From Minisyncoccota bacterium (GTDB lineage: Bacteria > Patescibacteriota > Minisyncoccia > 2-02-FULL-40-12 > GWA2-44-9): DNA of 54,289 nucleotides. A program made the position numbers and the translations under genes. Positions 19,710 through 28,086 of the stretch are shown here, piece after piece; the stretch's first letter is position 1, and every line of letters starts with the position of its first letter. The DNA lies in assembly GCA_017992005.1 (NCBI GenBank), contig JAGOPO010000003.1, positions 1-54,289 of the forward strand. The letters are read 5' to 3'. Below the pieces are notes generated by a model, which worked only from the letters and a program-made list of their open reading frames with translations, searched no databases and was not told the DNA's origin.

Positions 19710-20534
19710 ATGCAGCGCATCCTTTTAGGAGTTATCTTGCCATGCGCCTTGGTCGTGATTGCTTTTGTTGCGCCGTTATTTCAATTCACATTTGATATCG
19801 CAACATTTCTCACGGTCATCTCGCTGATCTTCGCTATTCTCACCGGGTTCTTCTTCGCTGCGGCAACATCAAACTACCTACGATTGCAGTCGTTGATTTC
19901 CGAGATTAACGCTGGTTTGGTGAGCGTATTTGCTCTGTCGAAGCTCATCGATGAAAAGGGATCTGTGGCGGTAGCCGATGCCGTTGATGCCTATATGATT
20001 GCCGATCTGGATTATGAGCTGCTCGGTTTTGATATGGTGAAGAGTAAGGAATTTAACGAGCTCACGAATGCGGTGGATCGCTTGGAGATGCGTGATGAGC
20101 GAGGAGCCGCTCTCATGAGTGCGCTCCACGAAAAGAAAGAGGCGCTTCGTGCAGCGGGATTTGAGACCGCGCTGACGTCGAAGACAATCATTAGCCCGGG
20201 ACATTGGGCGATCCTCATCGCGCTCTCGTTGTTGGTAGTTATCCTGACGTTGGCGCTGCGTGATGCGAGTTTCGTGTCGCGAGCATTCGTGGCATCGATA
20301 TGTATGACAATCTATCTTGTGCTGCAGCTACTACATTCGATAGACAGCAATCTATTCTTGGCAAAGAACTTAGCGTTTCAAGATGCTCAAAAAGTGTTTC
20401 TCGGCGTTGGGAGATTGCCCTATTTTCCTGAGTACGCACTTCGTATGGGGTATGCACGCCCGCGGCACCCAGTGTATCGTGTCGGGATACGACGCCAGGA
20501 TGGAAGTCGAGAGCTGCGCCGTATTGAATCATAA
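19710..20534 (+). CDS. Hypothetical multi-pass membrane protein
   Basis: Start MQRILLGVILPCALVV. The N-terminal 95 codons of the track ORF overlap the divergent gene and look non-coding. Confidence 0.55.
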   Translation: MQRILLGVILPCALVVIAFVAPLFQFTFDIATFLTVISLIFAILTGFFFAAATSNYLRLQSLISEINAGLVSVFALSKLIDEKGSVAVADAVDAYMIADLDYELLGFDMVKSKEFNELTNAVDRLEMRDERGAALMSALHEKKEALRAAGFETALTSKTIISPGHWAILIALSLLVVILTLALRDASFVSRAFVASICMTIYLVLQLLHSIDSNLFLAKNLAFQDAQKVFLGVGRLPYFPEYALRMGYARPRHPVYRVGIRRQDGSRELRRIES

Positions 20535-20555
20535 AAGCCCCTGGAAGGGGCTTTT
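20533..20555. terminator. Bidirectional intrinsic terminator
   Basis: AAAAGCCCCT-GGA-AGGGGCTTTT lies between convergent genes. Confidence 0.85.
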
Positions 20556-20564
20556 ATGTAGATG

Positions 20565-20906
20565 CTACGCAGTGGCGACGATTTGCTTGAAGATCTCAGG
20601 CTGATCGGCTGCGATGCGGGAGAGGACCTTGCGATCAAGCTCGATGTTGGCGGTCTTGAGCTGAGCAATGAGCTTGGAGTAGGAGAGGCCACTTTCGCGG
20701 GCGGCTGCGTTGACGCGAACGGTCCAGAGGCGGCGCATGGTTCGCTTTTTCTTCTTGCGATCAGCAAACTGGAATGACCAGGCATGCAAGAGGGCTTCTT
20801 TTGCTGCGCGGAACTTGCTCTTTCTGCCCCACATGAAACCCTTCGTATTCTTGAGAAGACGCTTGCGGCGGGCGTGTGCTACGGTACCTCGTTTAACGCG
20901 TGTCAT
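20565..20906 (-). CDS. rplT: 50S ribosomal protein L20
   Basis: MTRVKRGTVAHARRKRLLKNTKGF... Confidence 0.95.
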   Translation of the reverse strand: MTRVKRGTVAHARRKRLLKNTKGFMWGRKSKFRAAKEALLHAWSFQFADRKKKKRTMRRLWTVRVNAAARESGLSYSKLIAQLKTANIELDRKVLSRIAADQPEIFKQIVATA

Positions 20907-20916
20907 GGATTAAAAA

Positions 20917-21135
20917 TTATTGCTTGGAAGAAATACGACGTGATGGCATGAGCGACTGAAAGCTCTTGGCGAATACCACGGGAGATTGCTTCTGGCCGTG
21001 CTTGGTCATCCCCGTTGCGCCGGAATCCTTTGCATTGAAATGATTCTGACCTGATGGGCGCTTCAAAACGCGACCGGTGCTGGTGATCTTGATGCGTTTT
21101 GCGAGCGATCGATTACTCTTGTGTGTTTTTGCCAT
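20917..21135 (-). CDS. rpmI: 50S ribosomal protein L35
   Basis: Small basic protein sitting between infC and rplT (KRIKITSTGRVLKR). Confidence 0.85.
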   Translation of the reverse strand: MAKTHKSNRSLAKRIKITSTGRVLKRPSGQNHFNAKDSGATGMTKHGQKQSPVVFAKSFQSLMPSRRISSKQ

Positions 21136-21673
21136 GGGGTTCGGTTGGAAGTTTAGCAGGGGCTTTCTTGTCTTTTTGGATTACCAGCACCCATCCATAC
21201 GGTCCTCGCATAGGAGCGCGCTGGCGGATGATTGGTGTCTTGATGTGCGTGAGGAAGGTCTCCATTTGCGCGAGTCCGCGTTCTGGAAATGCCTTTTCAC
21301 GACCACGAAGCGTGAGCTCTACCTTGACCCAGTGGCCATCAGCGAGAAACTCATCGGCTTTCTTTGCTTTGAAGAGCAAGTCATGGATGCCGGTTTTGAA
21401 TCCGACACGCACTGACTTTGTTTGCTGTTCTTTGACTTTTGGTCGCGCCTTCTCTTCCTTTGCCTTGGTGTACATGTACTTGCCGTAGTCCATGATCTTG
21501 GCAATCGGGGGTTGCGCAGTTGGCGCTACCTCGACGAGGTCCAAGTTTCGTTCACGGGCTATGCGCAACGCATCAAGAGTCTTCATAATCCCCAGCTGTT
21601 TGCCATCAGCGTCGATGACCTGTACTTGGGGGATGCGGATTTGCGTGTTGGCGCGAAGTTCTCTGGTAGACAA
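21113..21673 (-). CDS. infC: Translation initiation factor IF-3 (TTG start)
   Basis: IRIPQVQVIDADGKQLGIM plus the C-terminal IF-3 domain. It has a non-ATG start and overlaps rpmI by 23 nt. Confidence 0.9.
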   Translation of the reverse strand: MSTRELRANTQIRIPQVQVIDADGKQLGIMKTLDALRIARERNLDLVEVAPTAQPPIAKIMDYGKYMYTKAKEEKARPKVKEQQTKSVRVGFKTGIHDLLFKAKKADEFLADGHWVKVELTLRGREKAFPERGLAQMETFLTHIKTPIIRQRAPMRGPYGWVLVIQKDKKAPAKLPTEPHGKNTQE

Positions 21674-21733
21674 GATAGTAAAAAATCAGGCCAGAGCAGT
21701 ATACCACTGGGTCGTCTTTTTGTCTATACGCTG

Positions 21734-22264
21734 CTACTTTTTGATCGGACAGGACGCCCAGAGGCCTCGACCGGCGGTGCGCGCTTCGGTTTGAGCGGTG
21801 GAAAACTCCTTCGCGTGCGCAATATCAGGAGGGTAGGGGTTGGCGTATGCGTATCCTTCGGCGACAAGCTTGAGATTCACAAATGTGCCGTCGGCAAGGT
21901 AGGCATAGCGCAACAAGCGGCCGTATTTGTCGGTATCGCTAATGTCCTTTTTGAGGGCCACGACACCGTCTTTGAGGAGGCCTTTGGTGAACGCTGATGC
22001 TTCTTTGCCGAAGCACTGTACGGTGCGTCGAGGATCGACAGTCTCGGGAGTGTTCACGCCGATGAATCGCACACGTGTGCCCCCCTCGAGCTCAATGGTG
22101 TCGCCGTCGACGACGCGGGCAACGCGAACCATTCCCGAGGGCGCAGGAAGTGGCGTGGCAGTCACGACGGGGTCGTTGTGTATGTCGCGCGGTTGCGCAA
22201 GCCACTGCGTGTACAAAACTGCAATGACGAGCGACAGCGCGGAGATGATGCGACGATTGCTCAT
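21734..22264 (-). CDS. Thermonuclease (staphylococcal nuclease-like), secreted
   Basis: VVDGDTIEL..RVRFIGVNTPET...YGRLLRY is the SNase signature. An N-terminal anchor is present. Confidence 0.85.
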   Translation of the reverse strand: MSNRRIISALSLVIAVLYTQWLAQPRDIHNDPVVTATPLPAPSGMVRVARVVDGDTIELEGGTRVRFIGVNTPETVDPRRTVQCFGKEASAFTKGLLKDGVVALKKDISDTDKYGRLLRYAYLADGTFVNLKLVAEGYAYANPYPPDIAHAKEFSTAQTEARTAGRGLWASCPIKK

Positions 22265-22267
22265 TGG

Positions 22268-22795
22268 TTAGCGATATAAGAGCGCACGCAGCACCTCGAG
22301 TTGCTTTATGGCGCCGTCCATGGCGCGTCGGGGCAGGGGTTCGGGAATGATGTCCAGACGCTTACAGATGCTGTCGAGGTTGGAAGGGCCAGGTCCGAGG
22401 CGTGACCATGCAAGCGAGAAGATATCGAGACGATGATAATCGGTGGGATCCTCGACGCCGAATGCTTTAAACCCTGCATCAAGAAATGAGTAGGCGAGAA
22501 ATACGTTGTAGGACACAAATATTGAGCCCGCTGCTTTTTGGGCATACACCGTGAGGGCGGTCTCCAGGTCGACAGCGGAGCGCCATGCCGATTCGCTGTA
22601 GCCGGCAACTTCGAGTGCGCGCTTTGCGGCCGTTCGAATGTGCGTGGGTCGTACTTTGACGTGATACTGCCCACGAACACGGAGGGTTTTCTGGTCGACG
22701 AGCAGCACTGCGAGCTCGATGATCTCATGGGTGGCGCTATCGAGTCCGGTGGTTTCGATGTCGGTGATGGCGAGTGTGCGGTCGGCAAATCTCAT
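22268..22795 (-). CDS. DEDD 3'-5' exonuclease (DnaQ-like)
   Basis: LAITDIETTGLD is the ExoI motif. Confidence 0.75.
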   Translation of the reverse strand: MRFADRTLAITDIETTGLDSATHEIIELAVLLVDQKTLRVRGQYHVKVRPTHIRTAAKRALEVAGYSESAWRSAVDLETALTVYAQKAAGSIFVSYNVFLAYSFLDAGFKAFGVEDPTDYHRLDIFSLAWSRLGPGPSNLDSICKRLDIIPEPLPRRAMDGAIKQLEVLRALLYR

Positions 22796-22890
22796 AGGCG
22801 CAGTGTAGCACGCCGCGGGAGTGGGGAATATTGACCAAATATGTTTTCTATGCTATAAATGAGTGTTCGTTATACCAACAAGGAGAAGCA

Positions 22891-23376
22891 GTGACTGCTC
22901 ACGAAAGTCCAAAGCCGCATCTTCATGCGGAAAATACGGTCATTAGTGCGTGCAGAGAGTGGCTGGACATCATCTGTTTCCGACGCATCTCTGAGACGCG
23001 CATGTCGCCCAGTTTGAAGCCACTGGTCATCTCTGCGGCTGTTGCTGAGCGTCTTGAAGATTCTGCGGACCCGAATCATCCCGAGGTCGTCATTCGTGGC
23101 ACGGTCCGTCACTCGCGATTGGCTGGAGGTGTGAAGTTTGAGTGGCGAACCACCCTGACGGACTCGCCTGCATTTCGGATGCTGGGACGGAGTGTGGGAT
23201 TCGGCTTCGTCGAGTACGTTGGGATTAAGACCCACTTCATGCTCGAGCGATCCGCCGATGGCGTCCTCTGGGTGCGCATTTGCACGTCAAAGGGCGAGCC
23301 AACATCGCAACGCTACAGCGGCCGACGAGGAAAGATGAAGCCTCGTACGGTCGATATGACGATGCATAAGTACTAG
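22891..23376 (+). CDS. Hypothetical protein (GTG start)
   Basis: An AAGGAG RBS lies 5 nt before the GTG at 22891, and a terminator follows at 23387. Confidence 0.5.
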   Translation: MTAHESPKPHLHAENTVISACREWLDIICFRRISETRMSPSLKPLVISAAVAERLEDSADPNHPEVVIRGTVRHSRLAGGVKFEWRTTLTDSPAFRMLGRSVGFGFVEYVGIKTHFMLERSADGVLWVRICTSKGEPTSQRYSGRRGKMKPRTVDMTMHKY

Positions 23377-23386
23377 CGATACGCAA

Positions 23387-23416
23387 ACTCCCCGACACAG
23401 GTCGGGGAGTCTTTTT
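23387..23416 (+). terminator. Intrinsic terminator
   Basis: ACTCCCCGAC-ACAG-GTCGGGGAGT followed by CTTTTT. Confidence 0.85.
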
Positions 23417-23436
23417 GTAAACTCAACTATAACTGA

Positions 23437-24012
23437 CTAGCGAGTGAAGACGAACGATCGAATCATTGCGCCGTACACATCGAGGATCTTCTTATCTGAT
23501 GTCGCGGTGCCGAATTCGAACAATTTGCCACCGTGGACGATAAAGTGAGAGGTGATGATGTCGCCGGTTGTTGGTTGCTGGAGCGTTAGCTTAGTCCACT
23601 TGTTGGCTCCTGCGGTGATTTCTTCTTTGGCAACCAAGAATGGCTCTGCCTGTTTCAATACATCCGCGAGTGTGCCATTGGAGCGTACAATGCCGACCGC
23701 AAAGCTTGTCGCCGATGATCCTGCTGGTGCCCACGCGACGCATCCTGCGCCACATACTCCTGGCGTCCAGTCGGCAGGATAGGAGACCTTAAAGCCCGCA
23801 GATGCACTTGCGTAGACCTTCCAATCCGATGCTGCTGGCTCATAGGCCACGACGAGTGGTGATACCGACGCGAGTGGCTGGAGGCTCACCGCTGGTGTTC
23901 CAAGTTCTTGTTTTGCATCACGACGCTGGGCATACCAAATGCTTGCGACCGACAACAGAATGGCGATAACGACAATAATAATTCGATTTGTTGGTTTCAT
24001 GAGTGGCATCAT
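23437..24012 (-). CDS. Hypothetical secreted, anchored protein
   Basis: N-terminal TM segment IIIVVIAILLSVASIWY. Confidence 0.6.
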   Translation of the reverse strand: MMPLMKPTNRIIIVVIAILLSVASIWYAQRRDAKQELGTPAVSLQPLASVSPLVVAYEPAASDWKVYASASAGFKVSYPADWTPGVCGAGCVAWAPAGSSATSFAVGIVRSNGTLADVLKQAEPFLVAKEEITAGANKWTKLTLQQPTTGDIITSHFIVHGGKLFEFGTATSDKKILDVYGAMIRSFVFTR

Positions 24013-24051
24013 GACAAAGAGAAGCCCCTCTGTACAGAGGGGCTGTTGAGA

Positions 24052-24447
24052 CTACGGGACGGTAACGCCTTGGGCTTCGACGGAGCCTTCTCGGCAGTGC
24101 AGAATGAAGCCAGTTGTTATGGTACGTGCCGTTCGCGAGTCATTGCTTTGCTCCGATAGCTCTTCGGTAAATCCCTGGAGCTCGCAGCGGCGCCATGGAA
24201 ATAGTTTGTAGAACACGGCAAGCGAGCGTCGATACGACTCGCCTGTGGCGGGGAAGTAAAAGATGCCGTTGCCGTCCTCGATGGGCGCGACTTCGGAGGC
24301 GATGGCGGCTTTTTGTGACGGTTGTAGCGGATGAAGTTTTCCAGAGTTGTAATAGACGATGAGTCCGAAAAGCAGGACTATATTCACAACAACTGCGAGT
24401 TCAAAGCCGAGACTCGAAGAAGGTTCTTCTTTCAATCCAGTTGACAT
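24052..24447 (-). CDS. Hypothetical membrane-anchored protein
   Basis: A GGAG RBS precedes MSTGLKEE, and there is one TM helix. Confidence 0.55.
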   Translation of the reverse strand: MSTGLKEEPSSSLGFELAVVVNIVLLFGLIVYYNSGKLHPLQPSQKAAIASEVAPIEDGNGIFYFPATGESYRRSLAVFYKLFPWRRCELQGFTEELSEQSNDSRTARTITTGFILHCREGSVEAQGVTVP

Positions 24448-24554
24448 GCAAGCTCCTTTGTAAAGTAAATGAACGCAGCGATAATACAATCAATTATTGA
24501 CGAAGTCAAGAAAGTACAGTACGCTGTGGCCGCACGTTTACAACGGAGGTAAGT

Positions 24555-25478
24555 ATGTATCTTGCTGCTCTATTTACACTACTACAGAGTGTCGTAACCC
24601 CGACGTACCCGGCGAACGCACAGATGGTCGGCGTTATTGTTTCTGCGACGCATGAAAATACCGGCGAGCCGGTATTCGATATGGCGGCTGATGACTTCGT
24701 GGTCCTCGAAGATGGGAAGCGACAGCAGATCACTCATTTTCAACGAGAAGACGTTCCTGCGAGCGTTCTCATTCTTCTTGATACGTCGTTGTCGATGCGC
24801 GGCTTCATGCCTGAAATCAGAGATTCTGCCATGAACCTCATCCGGTCGTTGCGCCCCATCGATGAGGTGCACGTTGCCACCTTTGATGTTGGGTATCGAG
24901 TGTTGAGCGATTTCACCGAAGATCACGAAGCTGCAATCGCATCCCTGAATCTCATGCGTCCCGGCGGGCCAACAAATCTCAATCAATCACTCTACGTGGC
25001 TACCCGCTACCTGGAGCGACAGCATCGAGGAGAGGTTCGGCGACGAAGAATTCTTGTGCTGCTCTCTGATGGCGAGGACACCGAAAGCTCGCAATCATAC
25101 AGCGTGATTGAGGAGACGATTCGCAGGAGTTCGGTTGTTTGCTATGTGGTGTACATCCAGCGCGCCGATACGCGAGGTACGCTGACGCAACTTCTCAAGC
25201 GACAAGCGGTCCTTGCCCGTCGGGCCACGCAATTCGTGCAGACGATTGTCTTTGATACCGGCGGTAAGCTGCGCACGATAAAAGATCCGTATCCGCGCAT
25301 GATGATCACGCGAGCATTTGTCGACATCGCCAAAGACATTGGTAATCAGTACTACCTCGGTTACCCGCTAGCGCGAACTACTAATGACAGCGGCTGGAAG
25401 AAGGTGAGCGTCATGACAGTTCGTAGAAGCGATGTGCGACTGCGCTACCGGACGAGCTACTTCTTCGAAGCGAAGTAG
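24555..25478 (+). CDS. von Willebrand factor A (vWA) domain protein
   Basis: VLILLDTSLSMRG is the MIDAS DxSxS motif. Confidence 0.85.
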   Translation: MYLAALFTLLQSVVTPTYPANAQMVGVIVSATHENTGEPVFDMAADDFVVLEDGKRQQITHFQREDVPASVLILLDTSLSMRGFMPEIRDSAMNLIRSLRPIDEVHVATFDVGYRVLSDFTEDHEAAIASLNLMRPGGPTNLNQSLYVATRYLERQHRGEVRRRRILVLLSDGEDTESSQSYSVIEETIRRSSVVCYVVYIQRADTRGTLTQLLKRQAVLARRATQFVQTIVFDTGGKLRTIKDPYPRMMITRAFVDIAKDIGNQYYLGYPLARTTNDSGWKKVSVMTVRRSDVRLRYRTSYFFEAK

Positions 25479-25484
25479 TAGCGG

Positions 25485-25511
25485 CTGCCCTCTCACGAGG
25501 GCAGTTTTTTT
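25485..25511 (+). terminator. Intrinsic terminator of the vWA gene
   Basis: CTGCCCTC-TCAC-GAGGGCAG followed by TTTTTTT. Confidence 0.9.
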
Positions 25512-25515
25512 GTAC

Positions 25516-25542
25516 AAAAAACCGGCTCCTGTGTGGAGCCGG
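25516..25542 (-). terminator. Intrinsic terminator ending island 1
   Basis: Minus-strand CCGGCTCC-ACACA-GGAGCCGG followed by UUUUUU. The adjacent CCGGTGAGGGTGGGG resembles the island hairpin family. Confidence 0.8.
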
Positions 25543-25559
25543 TGAGGGTGGGGTTGGAG

Positions 25560-25964
25560 CTACCGACGGAGTCGCTTCTTGATCTCGTGTGCGAGAGCGA
25601 AGCGGACTGTCATTTTATCGGACGTGATGGGGCATCGATGATGAACAGTCTTCACGCGGACGAAATAAACGGATACGTGTTTCGTCTCAGGGCGTGACAC
25701 GCGTTTTAGTAAGCCCGTGTTTCGCATATATTCGCCGTCCGCTGGACACGGACCAATTCGTCCAAGAATCGTGACGCAATTGACCGCGTACATTTTGTAG
25801 CAATCCTTGCAGTCGAATTTTTTCGTACGACCACGCACATTCCGGAACTCTACTCGATCACCTTCAGCGAACCACTGTCGATCAAGGCGGCGTTGAGCGC
25901 ATTGATCTGCCGCTTTTCGGGAAGAGTATTTGGTGTTGCAGATTACGCACGGGAAGCGACTCAC
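25560..25964 (-). CDS. Cys-rich zinc-ribbon protein, paralog of 26330..26779 (GTG start)
   Basis: FPCVICNTKYSSRKAADQCAQRRL...FDCKDCY. GTGA coupling to the upstream gene. Confidence 0.65.
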   Translation of the reverse strand: MSRFPCVICNTKYSSRKAADQCAQRRLDRQWFAEGDRVEFRNVRGRTKKFDCKDCYKMYAVNCVTILGRIGPCPADGEYMRNTGLLKRVSRPETKHVSVYFVRVKTVHHRCPITSDKMTVRFALAHEIKKRLRR

Positions 25965-26233
25965 TTGGATTTCACCTCCAGTTTTTCAACCCTGCAAACG
26001 GGCTCAGCCCAGTGCCCACGCTTGGGGGTGATGTAGACGTTGCCATCACCAGTTGTGAAGAATGGGTATTGCGAGCAGCGAGCGAAGTCGATGATTATGT
26101 CGACTTCCTTGGTGTGCAGCAGCGATCCGTTGAAGGTGTGCTTCCACGTCGGGTTCTTAGGGCGTCGACGCACGAGTGGCGGGATAATTGCAGTTGCCTT
26201 CATGTGAAGGCGTCCACCATCAATTTTTGACAT
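25961..26233 (-). CDS. Hypothetical small protein
   Basis: First gene of a two-gene cassette, with a GGAA RBS and its own promoter. Confidence 0.55.
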   Translation of the reverse strand: MSKIDGGRLHMKATAIIPPLVRRRPKNPTWKHTFNGSLLHTKEVDIIIDFARCSQYPFFTTGDGNVYITPKRGHWAEPVCRVEKLEVKSK

Positions 26234-26265
26234 GCGTATTTCCTTTCTTATAAACGAGCGAAGAT

Positions 26266-26294
26266 ACTATACATAACTATAAATCATGCGTCAA
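26266..26294 (-). promoter_or_regulatory. Cassette promoter TTGACG-N17-TATAGT
   Basis: Lies immediately 3' of the preceding terminator hairpin on the minus strand. Confidence 0.6.
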
Positions 26295-26299
26295 ATAAC

Positions 26300-26323
26300 A
26301 AAACCCCACCGGTGAGGGTGGGG
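26300..26323 (-). terminator. Island hairpin terminator, 20-nt variant
   Basis: Minus-strand CCCCACC-CTCACC-GGTGGGG followed by UUUU. The stop codon lies 7 nt upstream. Confidence 0.8.
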
Positions 26324-26329
26324 TGAGGG

Positions 26330-26779
26330 CTACTTCTTGTGACGCAGAGGGCGAGCGGGCTTGCGGGTTCGACTTCGAAGCTTCTTCAGCTTGTACTGGG
26401 GGACCACGTAGACGCGTTCGCACGGTGACGATGAATTGCAGCTGTGTGGCGTTGTCGGATAGATATCAATGTCATACCGATAATCGTGCACGCGTTGCGT
26501 GTGCCACGCGAGATCCAGTCGGAGCTCCGGTGTGCAGTCTGTGAGGATGGGTGGGTCCGAGGGGAATGGGCCGGCAACGCGCACGACGATGATCTTCTTG
26601 ATCTCCAGAGGGTCGCGGCAACGCAAGCACCAGAGCTTAAGGTCTGTGCCTACTTGCTCACCCACTCGAAATATTGGAGGTATGAGGCGGCGCTGCTGAC
26701 ACTCCTGAGCGTATTGCGGGGTCAGATATTGAGTGCAGCAAACTTTGCAGGCATAGACCTTTGATTTTCGGTTCTTCAT
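26330..26779 (-). CDS. Cys-rich zinc-ribbon protein, paralog of 25560..25964
   Basis: An AAGGAG RBS precedes MKNRKSKVYACKVCCTQYLTPQYAQECQQRRL...WCLRCRD. Confidence 0.65.
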   Translation of the reverse strand: MKNRKSKVYACKVCCTQYLTPQYAQECQQRRLIPPIFRVGEQVGTDLKLWCLRCRDPLEIKKIIVVRVAGPFPSDPPILTDCTPELRLDLAWHTQRVHDYRYDIDIYPTTPHSCNSSSPCERVYVVPQYKLKKLRSRTRKPARPLRHKK

Positions 26780-26810
26780 GATGACTCCTTCATTGGAAAT
26801 GAACGCTTGA

Positions 26811-26839
26811 TATATACAATATAAAGAGAGTATCGTCAA
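26811..26839 (-). promoter_or_regulatory. Cassette promoter TTGACG-N17-TATATA
   Basis: Directly follows the terminator at 26841-26869. Confidence 0.6.
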
Positions 26840-26840
26840 T

Positions 26841-26869
26841 AAAAAACGACCCCACCGGTGAGGGTGGGG
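26841..26869 (-). terminator. Island hairpin terminator, 20-nt variant
   Basis: CCCCACCGGTGAGGGTGGGG plus a 6-nt U-run on the minus strand. Confidence 0.8.
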
Positions 26870-27011
26870 CAGGGAGGAAACGGCTAATCAAATCGCTGCG
26901 ATGTTCTTGGTGGTCCTTTCGGTACCAGGGGCCGATGGGGCCCTTTTGAAAACAAGCGATTACTTCGAGCAGCGTACCAGTCCTCCCGGCCTGGCAAACC
27001 ATCATCGACAG
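26842..27011 (-). ncRNA. Short promoter-to-terminator transcript: sRNA or about 37-aa micro-ORF
   Basis: The promoter is TTGACA-N17-TATACT (27019-27047) and the terminator is at 26850. No ATG with an RBS is present. The only in-frame option ending at 26884 is a TTG-started 37-codon ORF. Confidence 0.3.
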
Positions 27012-27131
27012 TAGATAAAGTATAGCATAGTGCAATATTATTGTCAATACCCCGGAAAATAGCAGAAAATGGGGGTGTAGTCCGTCGGCGTACTCGCCTG
27101 TGGATCATCGCCGGACGGATGCCGTCGAAAG

Positions 27132-27156
27132 AAAAACCCCACCGGTGAGGGTGGGG
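27132..27156 (-). terminator. Island hairpin terminator, 20-nt variant
   Basis: CCCCACCGGTGAGGGTGGGG plus a U-run. The stop codon lies 11 nt upstream. Confidence 0.8.
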
Positions 27157-27166
27157 AGGGAGTATG

Positions 27167-27469
27167 CTAGTGGGGGCTTCCGTCGATAGGTGAGGGGACG
27201 AGTCGCTGGTAGCCGCAGCACTCACACACCGCGAGCTGCTTCAGGGCCTGCCAGTTCATCCTGCGATCGCAGATCATGCATTCGCGGACGACTACTTCGC
27301 GATATCGCGTCATTGCTTTTCCACAATGTCGCCTCGTCCAGTAGGTGGCTGCCCCGGTGATTCCGGGATTGGGCACAAGTTGAGAATCTAAGATGGCCCA
27401 TTCCGGCTTGTGGCCGAGGCACTCTCCATGAACGCATCTTTTGGCAGGAGCGGGTGCGGTTGTTGGCAT
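27167..27469 (-). CDS. Cys-rich small protein
   Basis: MPTTAPAPAKRCVHGEC...CMICDRR...CECCGY. The start lies 1 nt after the upstream stop (TAATATG). Confidence 0.6.
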   Translation of the reverse strand: MPTTAPAPAKRCVHGECLGHKPEWAILDSQLVPNPGITGAATYWTRRHCGKAMTRYREVVVRECMICDRRMNWQALKQLAVCECCGYQRLVPSPIDGSPH

Positions 27470-27470
27470 A

Positions 27471-27659
27471 TTAGGCACGGGGCTTCTCCTCGTAGAGAAG
27501 CATGCCGATTCCGATCCACATCGCAAGCCCAATTGCGGCGACAAACAATTCGGCTGCATCAGCAGGGCGAGCTCCGCGTTGCAGGAATGTCAGGTACTCC
27601 TCCACTGAGCCGACGAGTGGAAATAGGAGCATCCAGAGAACGAAACTCAAATTGCGCAC
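27471..27659 (-). CDS. Small two-TM membrane protein (GTG start)
   Basis: A GGAGG RBS lies 6 nt before the GTG. Sequence is RNLSFVLWMLLFPLV...IGLAMWIGIGMLL. Confidence 0.5.
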   Translation of the reverse strand: MRNLSFVLWMLLFPLVGSVEEYLTFLQRGARPADAAELFVAAIGLAMWIGIGMLLYEEKPRA

Positions 27660-27695
27660 GGGCAACCTCCCGAAATGAAAAAGTGAACTATTTGT

Positions 27696-27723
27696 ATATT
27701 ACATGATTATTGGGGATTGTCAA
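27696..27723 (-). promoter_or_regulatory. Cassette promoter TTGACA-N16-TAATAT
   Basis: Read on the minus strand, upstream of 27659. Confidence 0.55.
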
Positions 27724-27764
27724 TATGCGTATGAATGGGAGTCGGCTTCGCCTTTTGGATACAC

Positions 27765-27786
27765 AAAAACCCCTTGCGGGGTTTTT
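27765..27786. terminator. Bidirectional hairpin
   Basis: AAAAACCCC-TTGC-GGGGTTTTT. Confidence 0.75.
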
Positions 27787-27798
27787 GTTGGCGGTGAC

Positions 27799-27874
27799 CC
27801 TGCGCGCCTATGCGCTTGAGGGCACTTGGCCAGCCACTCTCTTTCATACATACAGAATAAGGAGTGGCCAAGTG
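27799..27874 (-). repeat. Conserved tRNA 3'-flank hairpin element, copy C (76 nt)
   Basis: Near-identical to 709-784. It abuts the distal tmRNA 3'-end fragment, not the complete gene. Confidence 0.7.
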
Positions 27875-27890
27875 TGGAGATGTGGGGAAT
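27873..27890 (-). repeat. Distal direct copy of the tmRNA 3' end (T-loop to acceptor, 18 nt)
   Basis: TGTGGAGATGTGGGGAAT is identical to 28085-28102. Confidence 0.9.
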
Positions 27891-28084
27891 TTCGTCCTCG
27901 AGCTACTGTCGTCACAGTAGCTCTCGTAGTCCTGGGTAGCGGTACACTATTCACTGGATAGTGTACCGGCGCTTCTTCAATCTGTGATTGAGCTCCATCA
28001 CAGATTGGTTCGCTGCTACCCGTTCGATTCCCTGCACATGCTCGCAGAAAACAAAACAGACCCCTATGGGTCCATTTTGTTTTC
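27891..28084 (-). other. 194-bp hairpin-rich insertion between the two tmRNA 3'-end copies
   Basis: Perfect stems at 27900-27923 (10 bp), 27941-27967 (10 bp) and 27978-28007 (11 bp), plus a long hairpin at 28045-28086. An inverted T-loop/acceptor-like fragment, GTTCGATTCCCTGCACATGCTCGCA, lies at 28022-28046. Confidence 0.6.
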
Positions 28085-28086
28085 TG

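Noticed and set aside
26842-27011. SRP (4.5S) RNA, suggested by CCAGGCCGGGAGGA resembling the CAGGUCCGGAAGGA of domain IV
   Set aside because: The 3' side lacks the conserved AGCA symmetric-loop residues. The segment folds as a plain hairpin.
26884-27225. 113-aa ORF, plus similar ORFs translating ...PLPTPHRVG... or PPHPHRWGF
   Set aside because: These ORFs read straight through terminator hairpins and promoters. The peptide motifs are simply translations of the GC-rich hairpin.
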